A stretch of DNA of 64,000 nt from Clostridia bacterium (GCA_017456665.1 JAFTIY010000018.1:8887-72886); one strand, 5' to 3'; shown: positions 28,150 to 36,855, counted from the stretch's first letter. The notes: generated by a model from the sequence alone, not told the origin. A program made the numbers and translations.

Positions 28150-28170
28150 GCGGTTTGCGTTTTTATTAAA

Positions 28171-28202
28171 TACCGCGTTAATCGCGTTATAGCCCAACTT
28201 TT
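28171..28202 (+). repeat. REP-like hairpin element
   Basis: taccgcGTTAATCGCGTTATAGCCcaactttt. Confidence 0.85.
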
Positions 28203-28223
28203 AGGTTAATTAAAACTATTAAT

Positions 28224-28266
28224 TAAAAAAACAACCCGCTTTCTGGCATTTTTTAGATAGCGGGTT
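28224..28266 (-). terminator. intrinsic terminator for the minus-strand small ORFs
   Basis: On the minus strand: AACCCGCT-18 nt loop-AGCGGGTT followed by GTTTTTTT. Confidence 0.6.
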
Positions 28267-28312
28267 ATATTTTTAGTTATAGCCGTTTGCGCTTAAATTA
28301 AGCGGGTAGCTA

Positions 28313-28462
28313 TTAAAGATCGTCTACGTCTTGTACGGGTTCTTCTAGTTCGCCTAAAAGATAAGTGCCGGTATAACTGCCGTAAACGTCAAACGCGGAA
28401 AAAAACTCCGGTTTAGAAATTTGGGAAACTTTTTTACTTTTCTTGTTAATGCGTTTGGTCAT
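28313..28462 (-). CDS. small hypothetical protein (49 aa: MTKRINKKSKKVSQISKPEFFSAFDVYGSYTGTYLLGELEEPVQDVDDL)
   Basis: Hand-translated; it is below the ORF-track length cutoff. It starts 5 nt after the stop of the upstream small ORF. It has no SD of its own, so coupling would be required. Confidence 0.35.
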   Translation of the reverse strand: MTKRINKKSKKVSQISKPEFFSAFDVYGSYTGTYLLGELEEPVQDVDDL

Positions 28463-28467
28463 AATAA

Positions 28468-28563
28468 TTATTTACAATTGTTAGTTTGGCTCTGCTTGTT
28501 GCTGCTTTTTTGCTTACTTGCAGAATTCTTGCTGTTGCTGGTTTTTTGAGTTTTATTATTCAT
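28468..28563 (-). CDS. small basic Ser/Asn/Lys/Gln-rich peptide (31 aa: MNNKTQKTSNSKNSASKQKSSNKQSQTNNCK)
   Basis: Strong RBS AAGGAGGA 7 nt before ATG 28563. The ORF-track version (to 28734) is an unsupported upstream extension. Confidence 0.5.
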   Translation of the reverse strand: MNNKTQKTSNSKNSASKQKSSNKQSQTNNCK

Positions 28564-28628
28564 AACAATTCCTCCTTGTAGTAGTATTATGTGTATTGGG
28601 TAAAAATTTATACAAAAATCGACATCGG

Positions 28629-28657
28629 TTGACATTATTTTTTTATTGGTGTAAAAT
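28629..28657 (+). promoter_or_regulatory. sigma-70-type promoter TTGACA-17-TAAAAT
   Basis: TTGACA 28629-28634, TAAAAT 28652-28657; upstream of ORF 28771. Confidence 0.55.
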
Positions 28658-28770
28658 AATAATAGTAATAACGTTTTGGCTTGGCTACAAAGTTGATTTA
28701 AGCATATTAAGCGGTTATTTAGCAATAACAGCATAACGGGTGGCTGGCTATATTTTTATACGGAAGTTTT

Positions 28771-30186
28771 ATGCAAGCAATTAATTTATATTTATTATCA
28801 TCTTTTTCTAATATGAGGCTATATGGCAAGTATTACGGCGCGCTTGCCCATACTCAAGCAAGGCCGTATAAGCCGCACGAGGCAAAAAGTTTAATTTCGC
28901 TGGTAAACAAAATGATGGAGCAGGGTGCTTTATTAAGCGAGTTAGACGGTTTTTTTTACGGGTATATAATTCCACAAATAGGTAAAGAGTTCGATATTTT
29001 AAAAATTGGACAAAACGCAATTTTAAACGTTGAGCTTAAAAGCTACATTTCAAAAACAGAAGACGCGCACGAGCAGCTTATTAAAAACAAATTTTACCTT
29101 TCGCACTTAGGTAAAAAGTGTTACTTTTTTACCTATAACAGCTTTGATCAAAAGCTTTATAAGTTAAATGCAAAAGGAGAATTTGAGCGCGCTTACTTTA
29201 GCGAGCTGTTAAGAATAAATAGAGGTATAAGAGGGGCTATAACTGCGCCAATCGATAGTTTGTTTGCTGCAAAGCAGTTTATTTTAGCGCCTGTTAAAAA
29301 CCCTGAGCGCTTTATTTTAGGCGAATATTTTTTAACTCAACAGCAACAAATGATTAAAAAGAAAACCGCATCTTTTTTAAAAGGAAAAAACAAGGCGTTA
29401 AAAATTTGCGGTAGCTTTGGCACAGGTAAAACCCTGCTTCTTTTAGATATGGCAGTTTTGGTTTGCTCAAACAAAAAAACTCTCATAGTGGTTTATGGTA
29501 GTTTAACCGAAGGGCATAGGCAAATTGAGCGTGCGTTTACAAATATTAAGTTTTTATCGGTAAACGATATTTTTAAAGCAAATTTAAGTGAGTATGATTA
29601 TATTTTTACTGACGAAACGCAAAAATATTCAAAAAAAGCCTTTGATGCAATATTGCAATATTTAAACAACAACGAGATTAAGTGCGTATTTTGCTTTGAA
29701 AAATTTGAGTTAGATCTAATCAACGAGCCAACTGAGCTAAATGCACGCCTTGCACAAATAGAAGGCAATACCTATTACTTATCTGGAAATATTAGGGTAA
29801 ACGAGCAAATCTCTTGCTTTATTAAGTATTTATTAGATAATGGCAAAGCAGCTAAAAAGTCGGGCTATAACTGCGTTAACGTGCATTTTGCTCAAAATGA
29901 AGAGCAAAAACTTAACTTTATTAATTTATATTCGGCAGGTGGGTTTGAGATTATTGATTGCGCTTATTTAAATGAAGAAGCACGCGCCGGAATTGAGTAT
30001 GATAAAATGCTTATAGTTATAGATGGCAACTACGGTTACGATGGGCGAGGTTATTTAACGTATAGAGGCAAGTTTCCTCAAAGGCTTTATTATTCGCTCA
30101 CGCGAGTACGCGAGCAGCTAACGGTTGTAGTAGTTAACAACATGCCTATTTTTGAAAGGCTGTTAAACGGAAAAATTAAAAAATAA
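28771..30186 (+). CDS. NERD-like nuclease domain fused to an SF1-like P-loop NTPase (DUF2075-like architecture)
   Basis: N-terminal EFDILKIGQNAILNVELKS fits a PD-(D/E)xK / NERD pattern. Walker A GSFGTGKT, Walker B YIFTDETQ. C-terminal YYSLTRVREQLTVVV resembles SF1 helicase motif VI. Confidence 0.6.
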   Translation: MQAINLYLLSSFSNMRLYGKYYGALAHTQARPYKPHEAKSLISLVNKMMEQGALLSELDGFFYGYIIPQIGKEFDILKIGQNAILNVELKSYISKTEDAHEQLIKNKFYLSHLGKKCYFFTYNSFDQKLYKLNAKGEFERAYFSELLRINRGIRGAITAPIDSLFAAKQFILAPVKNPERFILGEYFLTQQQQMIKKKTASFLKGKNKALKICGSFGTGKTLLLLDMAVLVCSNKKTLIVVYGSLTEGHRQIERAFTNIKFLSVNDIFKANLSEYDYIFTDETQKYSKKAFDAILQYLNNNEIKCVFCFEKFELDLINEPTELNARLAQIEGNTYYLSGNIRVNEQISCFIKYLLDNGKAAKKSGYNCVNVHFAQNEEQKLNFINLYSAGGFEIIDCAYLNEEARAGIEYDKMLIVIDGNYGYDGRGYLTYRGKFPQRLYYSLTRVREQLTVVVVNNMPIFERLLNGKIKK

Positions 30187-30194
30187 ATTTTAAA

Positions 30195-30229
30195 AGCGAA
30201 TTTACTAATAAAGGTAAACTCGCTTTTTG
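30195..30229 (+). terminator. intrinsic terminator
   Basis: GCGAaTTTAC-taataaag-GTAAAcTCGC followed by TTTTTG. Confidence 0.7.
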
Positions 30230-30233
30230 TTAT

Positions 30234-30269
30234 AAAATGGCTGTTAATCGCGTTATAGCCTACTTTTTT
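30234..30269 (+). repeat. REP-like hairpin element
   Basis: aaaatggctGTTAATCGCGTTATAGCCtacttttt; overlaps the VanW stop codon. Confidence 0.85.
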
Positions 30270-31380
30270 ATTGAGAAGATTGGTTAGAACTTTTAAATTT
30301 TATTCCGTTTTTTGCGGCATAAACGTCGTGGCGCAGCTTTTTAATTTCGATAAGATTTCCGTTTTTATAAATTTTTAAAAAGCCTTCGCTTATAAGTCCG
30401 TCGTGCGCAAGTGATTCCTTAAGCCCCTCTGCCCATTCCACTTCTTCAGTTGTGGCTTTAATAACCTCTAAGCAGTTCCAAACGCGCTCGTATTCGTATT
30501 CCCGTTTTAACCCGTAAATTTTTATAGTAAGTTGGCTACTTGATGCGGTTGCGCTTATATAAATAGGCGATTGGGTTGTGTTTTTAAACTTAAGGTCGCA
30601 CGCCCCGTACGAAACCATGGCGTCGAACGACGGTTCAATATAGTCGACCAGTAGCGAATGCCTATAGCTTTCGGTTACGGTAAGCCCGGCTGTTAAGGCG
30701 GCGTTATAAAGGGTGGAAGAAACTTGGCACACGCCCCCTCCAATTCCGCTTACAAACTCGCCGTTTACTATAATATTTGCAGGTAAAAACCCGCGATCTT
30801 CAGAGCGTTCGCCAACACGCTCGTTAAACGAAAAGCATTCGTTCGGCTCAACTATACATCCGTTTATAAGTGAGCAGGCAAGTGCTATATTATGCTTGCG
30901 CGCCGGTGATGAGTATGGAAATTGCGTTGTAAATTGCGAGCGCAAAGCCGTTTGCTTTAATAATTGTGCTTTTGTGTATTTAGGTTCGCATTTTATAAAA
31001 CGCGCGGTAACCGACGTAATTCCTGCGTTTAATGCGTGAGCGATATCTGCAATTAATTTTTGTTTGTCGATTTTTTTACCAAATTTTCCCGCTTGTACGG
31101 TAAAAGGATTATCGTTATTTGGATTAAATTGCAATATGGCGTCGATAGGATCAACGTCGCAATCGGCGCAAATGCGCTCTACAACCGAGCTTTGCCCTTT
31201 TAAAGTAGTGCCGTAAAGCCCGTAATCTATTTGCGGGTAATAAAAAACGTACCGTTTATCGCCTGCAGTTATCGTTAGCGCGGGCGAAAAAGCCCCCACT
31301 TTTAAAACGGTAGGGGTGAAAAATAGTAAGCATATAAAAATCAATGCCCAAGTTTTTAGTTTTAACCCGCTTTTTTTCAT
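30268..31380 (-). CDS. VanW-family protein with an N-terminal membrane anchor/signal
   Basis: GGGVCQVSSTLYNA motif typical of the VanW domain. Start placed at MKKSGLKL; uncertain because no clear SD precedes it. Confidence 0.75.
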   Translation of the reverse strand: MKKSGLKLKTWALIFICLLFFTPTVLKVGAFSPALTITAGDKRYVFYYPQIDYGLYGTTLKGQSSVVERICADCDVDPIDAILQFNPNNDNPFTVQAGKFGKKIDKQKLIADIAHALNAGITSVTARFIKCEPKYTKAQLLKQTALRSQFTTQFPYSSPARKHNIALACSLINGCIVEPNECFSFNERVGERSEDRGFLPANIIVNGEFVSGIGGGVCQVSSTLYNAALTAGLTVTESYRHSLLVDYIEPSFDAMVSYGACDLKFKNTTQSPIYISATASSSQLTIKIYGLKREYEYERVWNCLEVIKATTEEVEWAEGLKESLAHDGLISEGFLKIYKNGNLIEIKKLRHDVYAAKNGIKFKSSNQSSQ

Positions 31381-31567
31381 ATAAATATTATGCATATTTT
31401 TTTTACAGCGTATGCAAAATATTAAAAAGGATAAATTAAACGGTAACAAATATTATAAAAACTACACTTATTATTTGTATTAAGCATAAAAAAGGCTGGT
31501 TTATGGTTATTATTTGAACAAAATTAGCAATTTGCAATATTATTAAGCACTTTTTTTTGAATAACTA

Positions 31568-31596
31568 TTGACAAGTTATAAAAAATATAATATAAT
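31568..31596 (+). promoter_or_regulatory. sigma-70-type promoter TTGACA-17-TATAAT of ppa
   Basis: TTGACA 31568-31573, TATAAT 31591-31596. Confidence 0.75.
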
Positions 31597-31608
31597 GTAA
31601 TTATAGCG

Positions 31609-31629
31609 AATATGAATAATGTTCATATT
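31609..31629. promoter_or_regulatory. palindromic operator AATATGAA-TAATG-TTCATATT (second copy of the 6751 box)
   Basis: Its reverse complement is identical to 6751-6771 (21/21). It also starts 12 nt after the -10 element. Confidence 0.7.
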
Positions 31630-31657
31630 TTTAGTTTAACGGGAAAGGAGTATCAAT

Positions 31658-32191
31658 ATGATGAATATTTGGCATAACATTTCGCCCAAACGCATAACAC
31701 CCGAAGATTTTATTTGTGTTGTAGAAATTTCGAAGGGGAGCAAAAAAAAGTATGAGCTTGATAAAGAAACGGGGCTTATCATGTTAGATAGAATTTTATA
31801 TACGTCAACTCACTATCCTGCAAATTACGGATTTATTCCGCGCACCTTTGGCGACGATGGCGACCCGCTCGACGTTTTGCTCATTTGTGCTGAGCCCCTT
31901 GAGCCGCTTACCTTGGTTAGGGCGTATCCCATTGGAGTTATAACCATGATAGATAACGGCAAAAATGACGAAAAGATTATTGCAATTCCGTTTGAAGATC
32001 CTAACTACAATCATTTTAAAAACATTGAAGAACTTCCCGTTCACTTGTTTGAAGAAATGCGCCATTTCTTTAAAGTTTATAAAAATTTAGAGCATAAAGA
32101 TACGGCTGTAAACGAGGTTAGCCCCAGAGCAGAAGCAATTAAAGTTATTGCACATGGCATTGAAACGTATATCGAAAAATTTTGTAAGTAA
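31658..32191 (+). CDS. ppa: inorganic pyrophosphatase (family I)
   Basis: 177 aa; DGDPLDVL and YPANYGFIP motifs; AAGGAG RBS. Confidence 0.9.
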   Translation: MMNIWHNISPKRITPEDFICVVEISKGSKKKYELDKETGLIMLDRILYTSTHYPANYGFIPRTFGDDGDPLDVLLICAEPLEPLTLVRAYPIGVITMIDNGKNDEKIIAIPFEDPNYNHFKNIEELPVHLFEEMRHFFKVYKNLEHKDTAVNEVSPRAEAIKVIAHGIETYIEKFCK

Positions 32192-32296
32192 ATATATAAA
32201 ATAAGCCGCTTTAAACGAGGTGTATGATTTGGGGCGGTTTTTTTATAACTTTTATTTACAAAAGAGCTTTTTTTACCCATAACGGTTTTTTTATTT

Positions 32297-32330
32297 AATA
32301 TCGCGTTAATCGCGTTATAGGCATATTTTT
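32297..32330 (+). repeat. REP-like hairpin element
   Basis: aatatcgcGTTAATCGCGTTATAGGCatattttt. Confidence 0.85.
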
Positions 32331-32538
32331 TATGTTTAAAGAAGTGTATAATAAATATCAAAGGATAGTGTACGTAATTAATTTTGTGGTTTGAAATTTT
32401 TTAAAATATTGTTAAAAAATTTAGCAAAAAATAAGGAATTTGTTCTGATTGTGGTGTATAATATACAAAAGGCGTTAATTTAAGTAAATCTTTTAACAAA
32501 TGAGTTAACGTAAATTTCAAAAGTAAAGGGGATTGATT

Positions 32539-33276
32539 ATGAATAAAATAAAAAGGGCTGTACTAGTAATTTTTGCGATTTGTATGCTTTGCTCTATTTC
32601 ACTTTTCGTAGCTTGTTCTAATGCGGATTCAAACAAAGGGTTTGAAGATATATACAATAATTCAAATGTGCTTATTCAGCGCGAAATCGCTTATAACGCA
32701 AGCGTAGGCATAACTGTTAACGACGTAGAAAAGGCAAAAAATGCCGTAGATGATAAACTTAAAGAGTTTAGCGGCTTTATAGAAAGATCAAGCGAATCGT
32801 ATTCGGATAACGAAGTTTCGTATTATTACGTCGTTTACCGCATACCAACCGAAAGTTTTAACGAGTTTATAAGCTTTTTAAGCGAAAATAACAACGTTAC
32901 GAGTAAAAAGATTTCTACCGTAGATTATACCGATGAGTACGTAAACTTGCGCGCACAAAGGGAAGCGTTAGAAAGCAAAAAGGCTATGTTAAACGATCTG
33001 CTTTTAAATGAAAAAATTACCGCAAGCGATAAAATTGCCGTTATTAGCGAAATTTCAGACGTAGACGTTCAAATTAAAATTATAGATATAAGTTTATCTG
33101 ATTATCAAAAAGAGGTAAATTATTCTACTGTAACTTTATCTATTAATCCAAATCCCTCTTTTTTAGAAATATTTATGCCAATATTTGCGGTAATAATTGC
33201 GCCTATATTAATTCTTGCGGCAATATTCGTTCCCAAAATTATAAAGAGGCGAAAAGGTAAAAAATCTGAAGTGTAA
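32539..33276 (+). CDS. DUF4349-like lipoprotein with a C-terminal transmembrane helix
   Basis: Lipobox LFVACS, central coiled-coil, C-terminal hydrophobic helix plus a basic tail. Confidence 0.6.
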   Translation: MNKIKRAVLVIFAICMLCSISLFVACSNADSNKGFEDIYNNSNVLIQREIAYNASVGITVNDVEKAKNAVDDKLKEFSGFIERSSESYSDNEVSYYYVVYRIPTESFNEFISFLSENNNVTSKKISTVDYTDEYVNLRAQREALESKKAMLNDLLLNEKITASDKIAVISEISDVDVQIKIIDISLSDYQKEVNYSTVTLSINPNPSFLEIFMPIFAVIIAPILILAAIFVPKIIKRRKGKKSEV

Positions 33277-33332
33277 CATCGCCGTTTTATTAAAAAATCA
33301 ACAATTTATCGCGGCTATACGTTTAAAATAAA

Positions 33333-33368
33333 AAAAGTGTGTCTATCTAAAAAGGTAGGCACACTTTT
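33333..33368. terminator. bidirectional hairpin with REP-type arms but a different loop
   Basis: AAAAGTGTG-18 nt-CACACTTTT between convergent genes. Confidence 0.6.
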
Positions 33369-33381
33369 GTTATAATCAATT

Positions 33382-33420
33382 AAAAGAAAGGCTATAACGC
33401 GATTAACGTGGTTATAGCGC
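33382..33420 (-). repeat. REP-like hairpin element, long form
   Basis: Minus-strand reading: GCGCTATAACcacGTTAATCGCGTTATAGCCtttctttt. GCTATAAC pairs with GTTATAGC. Confidence 0.85.
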
Positions 33421-33426
33421 ATAAAT

Positions 33427-34164
33427 TTAATTTTGTAAGAAGCGTGAAAGAAACTCGCGCGTTCTGGGCATTTTTGGGTTTGCAAAAAATTCGTGAGGCT
33501 CGCCTTCTTCAACTATGTAACCTTCGTCCATAAAGATAACGCGTGAAGAAACGTCGCGAGCAAAACCCATTTCGTGAGTAACGACCAGCATTGTAAGACC
33601 AGATGATGCTAGGCTTTTCATAACGTCTAAAACCTCGCCAACCATTTCGGGGTCGAGTGCAGAGGTGGGCTCGTCGAATAAAACCACTTCGGGATTAGCG
33701 CAAAGTGCTCTTGCGATTGCAACTCTTTGCTTTTGCCCGCCCGAGAGCTGTGCCGGTTTAGCGTTGCGGTAAGCGCTCATTCCAACTTTTTCGAGGTTTT
33801 CGAGTGCAATTTGTGTGGCTTCTTGTTTATTTCTCTTTAAAACTACAACCTGTGGGCGTATACAGTTTTCGAGCGCAGTCATGTTATTAAATAGGTTAAA
33901 CTGCTGAAAAACCATGCACACTTTAGCTCTGTAAGCGCAAAGGTCAAATTTCTTTTGAGTAATATCTTGGCCGTGGAATAAAATTTTGCCGCCCGTGGGC
34001 TCTTCTAAAAGGTTGATGCAACGAAGCATGGTGCTTTTTCCCGAGCCGGAAGAGCCTATAATGCTCACTACCTCGCCTTTGTTAACGCAAAGGTTAATAT
34101 CGCGAAGCACTTCGTGATCGCCAAAGCTCTTTTTAAGATTTTCAAGTTTAATTACGCTATCCAT
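33427..34164 (-). CDS. amino-acid ABC transporter ATP-binding protein
   Basis: [36 protein letters not shown]. Confidence 0.9.
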   Translation of the reverse strand: MDSVIKLENLKKSFGDHEVLRDINLCVNKGEVVSIIGSSGSGKSTMLRCINLLEEPTGGKILFHGQDITQKKFDLCAYRAKVCMVFQQFNLFNNMTALENCIRPQVVVLKRNKQEATQIALENLEKVGMSAYRNAKPAQLSGGQKQRVAIARALCANPEVVLFDEPTSALDPEMVGEVLDVMKSLASSGLTMLVVTHEMGFARDVSSRVIFMDEGYIVEEGEPHEFFANPKMPRTREFLSRFLQN

Positions 34165-34979
34165 CAGCCGTTACTCCTTATCTTTATTTCTGCGTTGGGA
34201 TCAGATTGCGAGCCGCAGATGGTATAATTTCCTTTACCTTCGAGCTTCTTTTCGAGAAGACGTAAAAGTCTAGTAATACTAAAGGTAAGAATAAAGTAAA
34301 TAACGCAAATAATTAAATAGGTTTCAAAAGTCATATAGTTGTCCCTAATAATATTACCGCCTATTGTATACAGCTCGTAAACACCTATTACGTTGAGAAC
34401 GGAGGTATCTTTAATATTGATAACGAACTCGTTGCTTATAGAGGGAAGAATGTTGCGGAACATTTGGGGAATAATTACGTTAAACATCGCTTGCGAATGG
34501 CTCATACCAACCGAGTATGCGCCCTCAAACTGACCTTTGTCAACCGAAATTATGCCTCCGCGCACGATTTCTGCCATGTAAGCGCCGGTGTTAATCGAAA
34601 CGATAACGATACCTGTAGTAACTACGGGCAGGGTGTTTCCGCCGGCAATTCCCGCATAGCCCCAGTATATTACCATTGCTTGTACCATCATTGGAGTTCC
34701 CCTAAAAATTTCTACGTAAGCAGAAATAACGGCGTTTATCCCCTTTTGAAGCCCTCTTACGAATGAGTTTTTAGAATATGGAGTGGTGCGGATAAGCCCG
34801 GTAAGCACGCCGATAACAAGGCCTATTACCGTGCCGACTAAAGCGATTAGTAGGGTGTTTCCTACGCCGATTAAAATGATGGGGTAGTTCTTTTCAATTA
34901 TGCTCCAAACCCTTTCGAAAAAGTTCATTTCGGAGGTGGACTTTGCAAGCAAATTGCTTGCTAAACTGTTTAAGTGCAT
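34164..34979 (-). CDS. amino-acid ABC transporter permease
   Basis: Polytopic membrane protein of the His/Glu/Gln/Arg permease type. Its stop overlaps the ATPase start. The start codon is uncertain. Confidence 0.8.
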   Translation of the reverse strand: MHLNSLASNLLAKSTSEMNFFERVWSIIEKNYPIILIGVGNTLLIALVGTVIGLVIGVLTGLIRTTPYSKNSFVRGLQKGINAVISAYVEIFRGTPMMVQAMVIYWGYAGIAGGNTLPVVTTGIVIVSINTGAYMAEIVRGGIISVDKGQFEGAYSVGMSHSQAMFNVIIPQMFRNILPSISNEFVINIKDTSVLNVIGVYELYTIGGNIIRDNYMTFETYLIICVIYFILTFSITRLLRLLEKKLEGKGNYTICGSQSDPNAEIKIRSNG

Positions 34980-35051
34980 TTTAATTTACTATCCTTAAAA
35001 TATCTTTTTAAATTTTAGGCAAATACCAGATAATCAACTTATAGGCCGCTA

Positions 35052-35933
35052 TTAGTTAGCTTTTTTGTAAATAATAACGAGGTTTGAAACGTAGTAACAA
35101 TCGGTAAAATCAACCATTTGCTCACGTTCTTCGGTGGGGCTCATGCCGGCGATAATGCCGTCTACTGCGTTAGATTGAACTGCGGGGATAAGAGCGTCCC
35201 ATTCGTATTGGTAAACTTCAAGAGCCATTCCGAGTTCAGCTGCAATGTATTTAGCAACTTGAACGTCGTATCCGTTGGCGTAAAGGGTTGAGCCCGTAGG
35301 ACCGTTTGCGATAACAACTGCATCGTTTGCAGGTGTTGTTTGAGTCCAGTTAAAAGGATCGTAACCGCATTCCATAGCGATTTTTAAAGTGCCGTTAGAG
35401 GTATTTGTGTTGTTAGAAACGAGAACGATGTCTTCACCGCTATCGGTATCTTTATCTAAGCTTAAGGCAACCATCTGTTCCATAAGTTCAATTTTAGTTT
35501 GGAGTGAAATGGTGGCGATAACTTCGTTTACGCTTTCAACTAAAGGATTGCCCGTCGTAAACGCTACTGCAATACCAGTTTCTGCTTCGGTTGCGGTAAA
35601 GCCGGTTTGGTTGTTAACGAAGGGGAGATATGCAAGCGAGCTATCTTTTAAGCATTCTGCATATGCCGTGGGCTCTTCTGCTACGTAACCGTCGATTACG
35701 CCTTGTTTAAGAGCGATTAAAAGAGTGGGGAAGTCGGGATAATCTTTAACGGTAATATCGCTAATTTGTTCAAGTGCATCATAGTGGAAGGTGCCCGATT
35801 GAGCTGCTATGGTTGCGCCGCTTAATTCGCTTATGTTTTTAGCGTTTGAAAGGTCAACCTTGTTTCTTCCGCCGCAAGCGGTAAAGCTGAGTGTGAGTAG
35901 TGCTGCTGCTAAGATTGCAATAATCTTTTTCAT
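35052..35933 (-). CDS. amino-acid ABC transporter substrate-binding lipoprotein
   Basis: MKKIIAILAAALLTLSFTACGG lipobox; AGGAGA RBS before ATG 35933. Confidence 0.8.
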   Translation of the reverse strand: MKKIIAILAAALLTLSFTACGGRNKVDLSNAKNISELSGATIAAQSGTFHYDALEQISDITVKDYPDFPTLLIALKQGVIDGYVAEEPTAYAECLKDSSLAYLPFVNNQTGFTATEAETGIAVAFTTGNPLVESVNEVIATISLQTKIELMEQMVALSLDKDTDSGEDIVLVSNNTNTSNGTLKIAMECGYDPFNWTQTTPANDAVVIANGPTGSTLYANGYDVQVAKYIAAELGMALEVYQYEWDALIPAVQSNAVDGIIAGMSPTEEREQMVDFTDCYYVSNLVIIYKKAN

Positions 35934-35965
35934 AGTTCTTCTCCTATAACTATATAATATGGTTT

Positions 35966-36205
35966 TTGCAAAACAAAAAGGTCGAAGCAAAGTGCCACGA
36001 CCTTATTACGCAAAGTAAGTGTAATTAAATCGAACGAAAGCACTCCACAATATAATTGTGACAGTTGCAAAGATATTATCCTTGCACCCAACGTATAACC
36101 GCTCAAACAGTTATGCATTTCGGCAGCCGTACCTTTCTGCTTTAGGTCTTAAACGTTTGAGCGTCTACCTAAAGTTACTTTTTACAAACTGCGCCTCTAA
36201 TCATT
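35966..36205 (-). promoter_or_regulatory. lysine riboswitch (L-box) with terminator
   Basis: The minus strand carries AGAGGCGC, AGTAA, GCTGCCGAA, CTGTCA and TGGAGTGCT in L-box order. These are followed by the terminator AAGGTCG-13 nt-CGACCTT-TTTGTTTTG, just upstream of the substrate-binding protein gene. Confidence 0.7.
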
Positions 36206-36236
36206 CTATGATTCGACTATTAAGTTTTACCACGAT

Positions 36237-36265
36237 ATGTTAGCACACTTTTTTAAAGATGTCAA
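36237..36265 (-). promoter_or_regulatory. promoter TTGACA-17-TAACAT driving the riboswitch leader
   Basis: Reverse complements at 36260-36265 and 36237-36242. Confidence 0.55.
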
Positions 36266-36316
36266 CGCTTTTGCCCCCACTTTAAAAAAATATATGTTTT
36301 TTTGCTTATTAATCGT

Positions 36317-36345
36317 TTGACAACAGCCGTCTTTTGGCGTATAAT
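36317..36345 (+). promoter_or_regulatory. sigma-70-type promoter TTGACA-17-TATAAT
   Basis: TTGACA 36317-36322, TATAAT 36340-36345. Confidence 0.75.
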
Positions 36346-36348
36346 ATC

Positions 36349-36373
36349 AATTGCTACCAAAATAGTAGCAATT
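36349..36373. promoter_or_regulatory. inverted repeat AATTGCTAC-7-GTAGCAATT (candidate Rrf2 autoregulatory operator)
   Basis: Perfect 9-bp arms starting 4 nt after the -10 element. Confidence 0.55.
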
Positions 36374-36381
36374 AGGTGATT

Positions 36382-36855
36382 ATGAAAATTTCTTCAAAGG
36401 CCCATTACGGATTGCAAGCGGCGTATATTTTAGCAAAGCGCGGTACAACCGTTTCGGCAAAAGAGCTCGAAAAAGAAATAGGCGTTTCGTGCAAGTATTT
36501 AGAAAGGATAATGCGCATTTTAACGGGCGCGGGCGTGGTTTTAACCGCGCGCGGAGCGGCCGGTGGCTATTACCTTGCAAAAAGCGCGGAGCAAACCACC
36601 GCGGGTGAGATAGTGCGCGCGTTAGAGGATGAATTAGAAATTATCGGCTGTGTAAAAAACACCGCTTGCTCTAAATGCTCGTCAAGCTTGGTGTGGAAAA
36701 AGCTTTATTCGGGCATTAATCAAATTTTAAACGGAATAACTTTGGCTGATATGATCTCGGCAAGTGAAGAGAGTAACGGCGTAAAAAATATGCCCGTTCA
36801 GCCATGCACAACGTGCGCGCAAAAGGGTAAGGAGGGCTGCTCTTGCAAGCAGTAA
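36382..36855 (+). CDS. Rrf2-family transcriptional regulator (IscR/CymR-like) with a Cys-rich C-terminal tail
   Basis: HTH SAKELEKEIGVSCKYLERIMRIL. Cysteines at CVKNTACSKC and CTTCAQKGKEGCSC. Confidence 0.8.
   Translation: MKISSKAHYGLQAAYILAKRGTTVSAKELEKEIGVSCKYLERIMRILTGAGVVLTARGAAGGYYLAKSAEQTTAGEIVRALEDELEIIGCVKNTACSKCSSSLVWKKLYSGINQILNGITLADMISASEESNGVKNMPVQPCTTCAQKGKEGCSCKQ

Noticed and set aside
28564-28734. Upstream extension of the small minus-strand ORF to 88 aa
   Set aside because: The extension has no RBS, runs through the divergent promoter region and is Leu/Ile-rich junk. A strong AAGGAGGA RBS precedes the internal ATG at 28563.
35966-36205. T-box leader upstream of the amino-acid binding-protein gene
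   Set aside because: There is no GGTGGTACCGCG-type T-box sequence or specifier-loop arrangement. The AGAGGCGC / GCCGAA / CTGTCA / GGAGTGCT series fits the lysine riboswitch instead.
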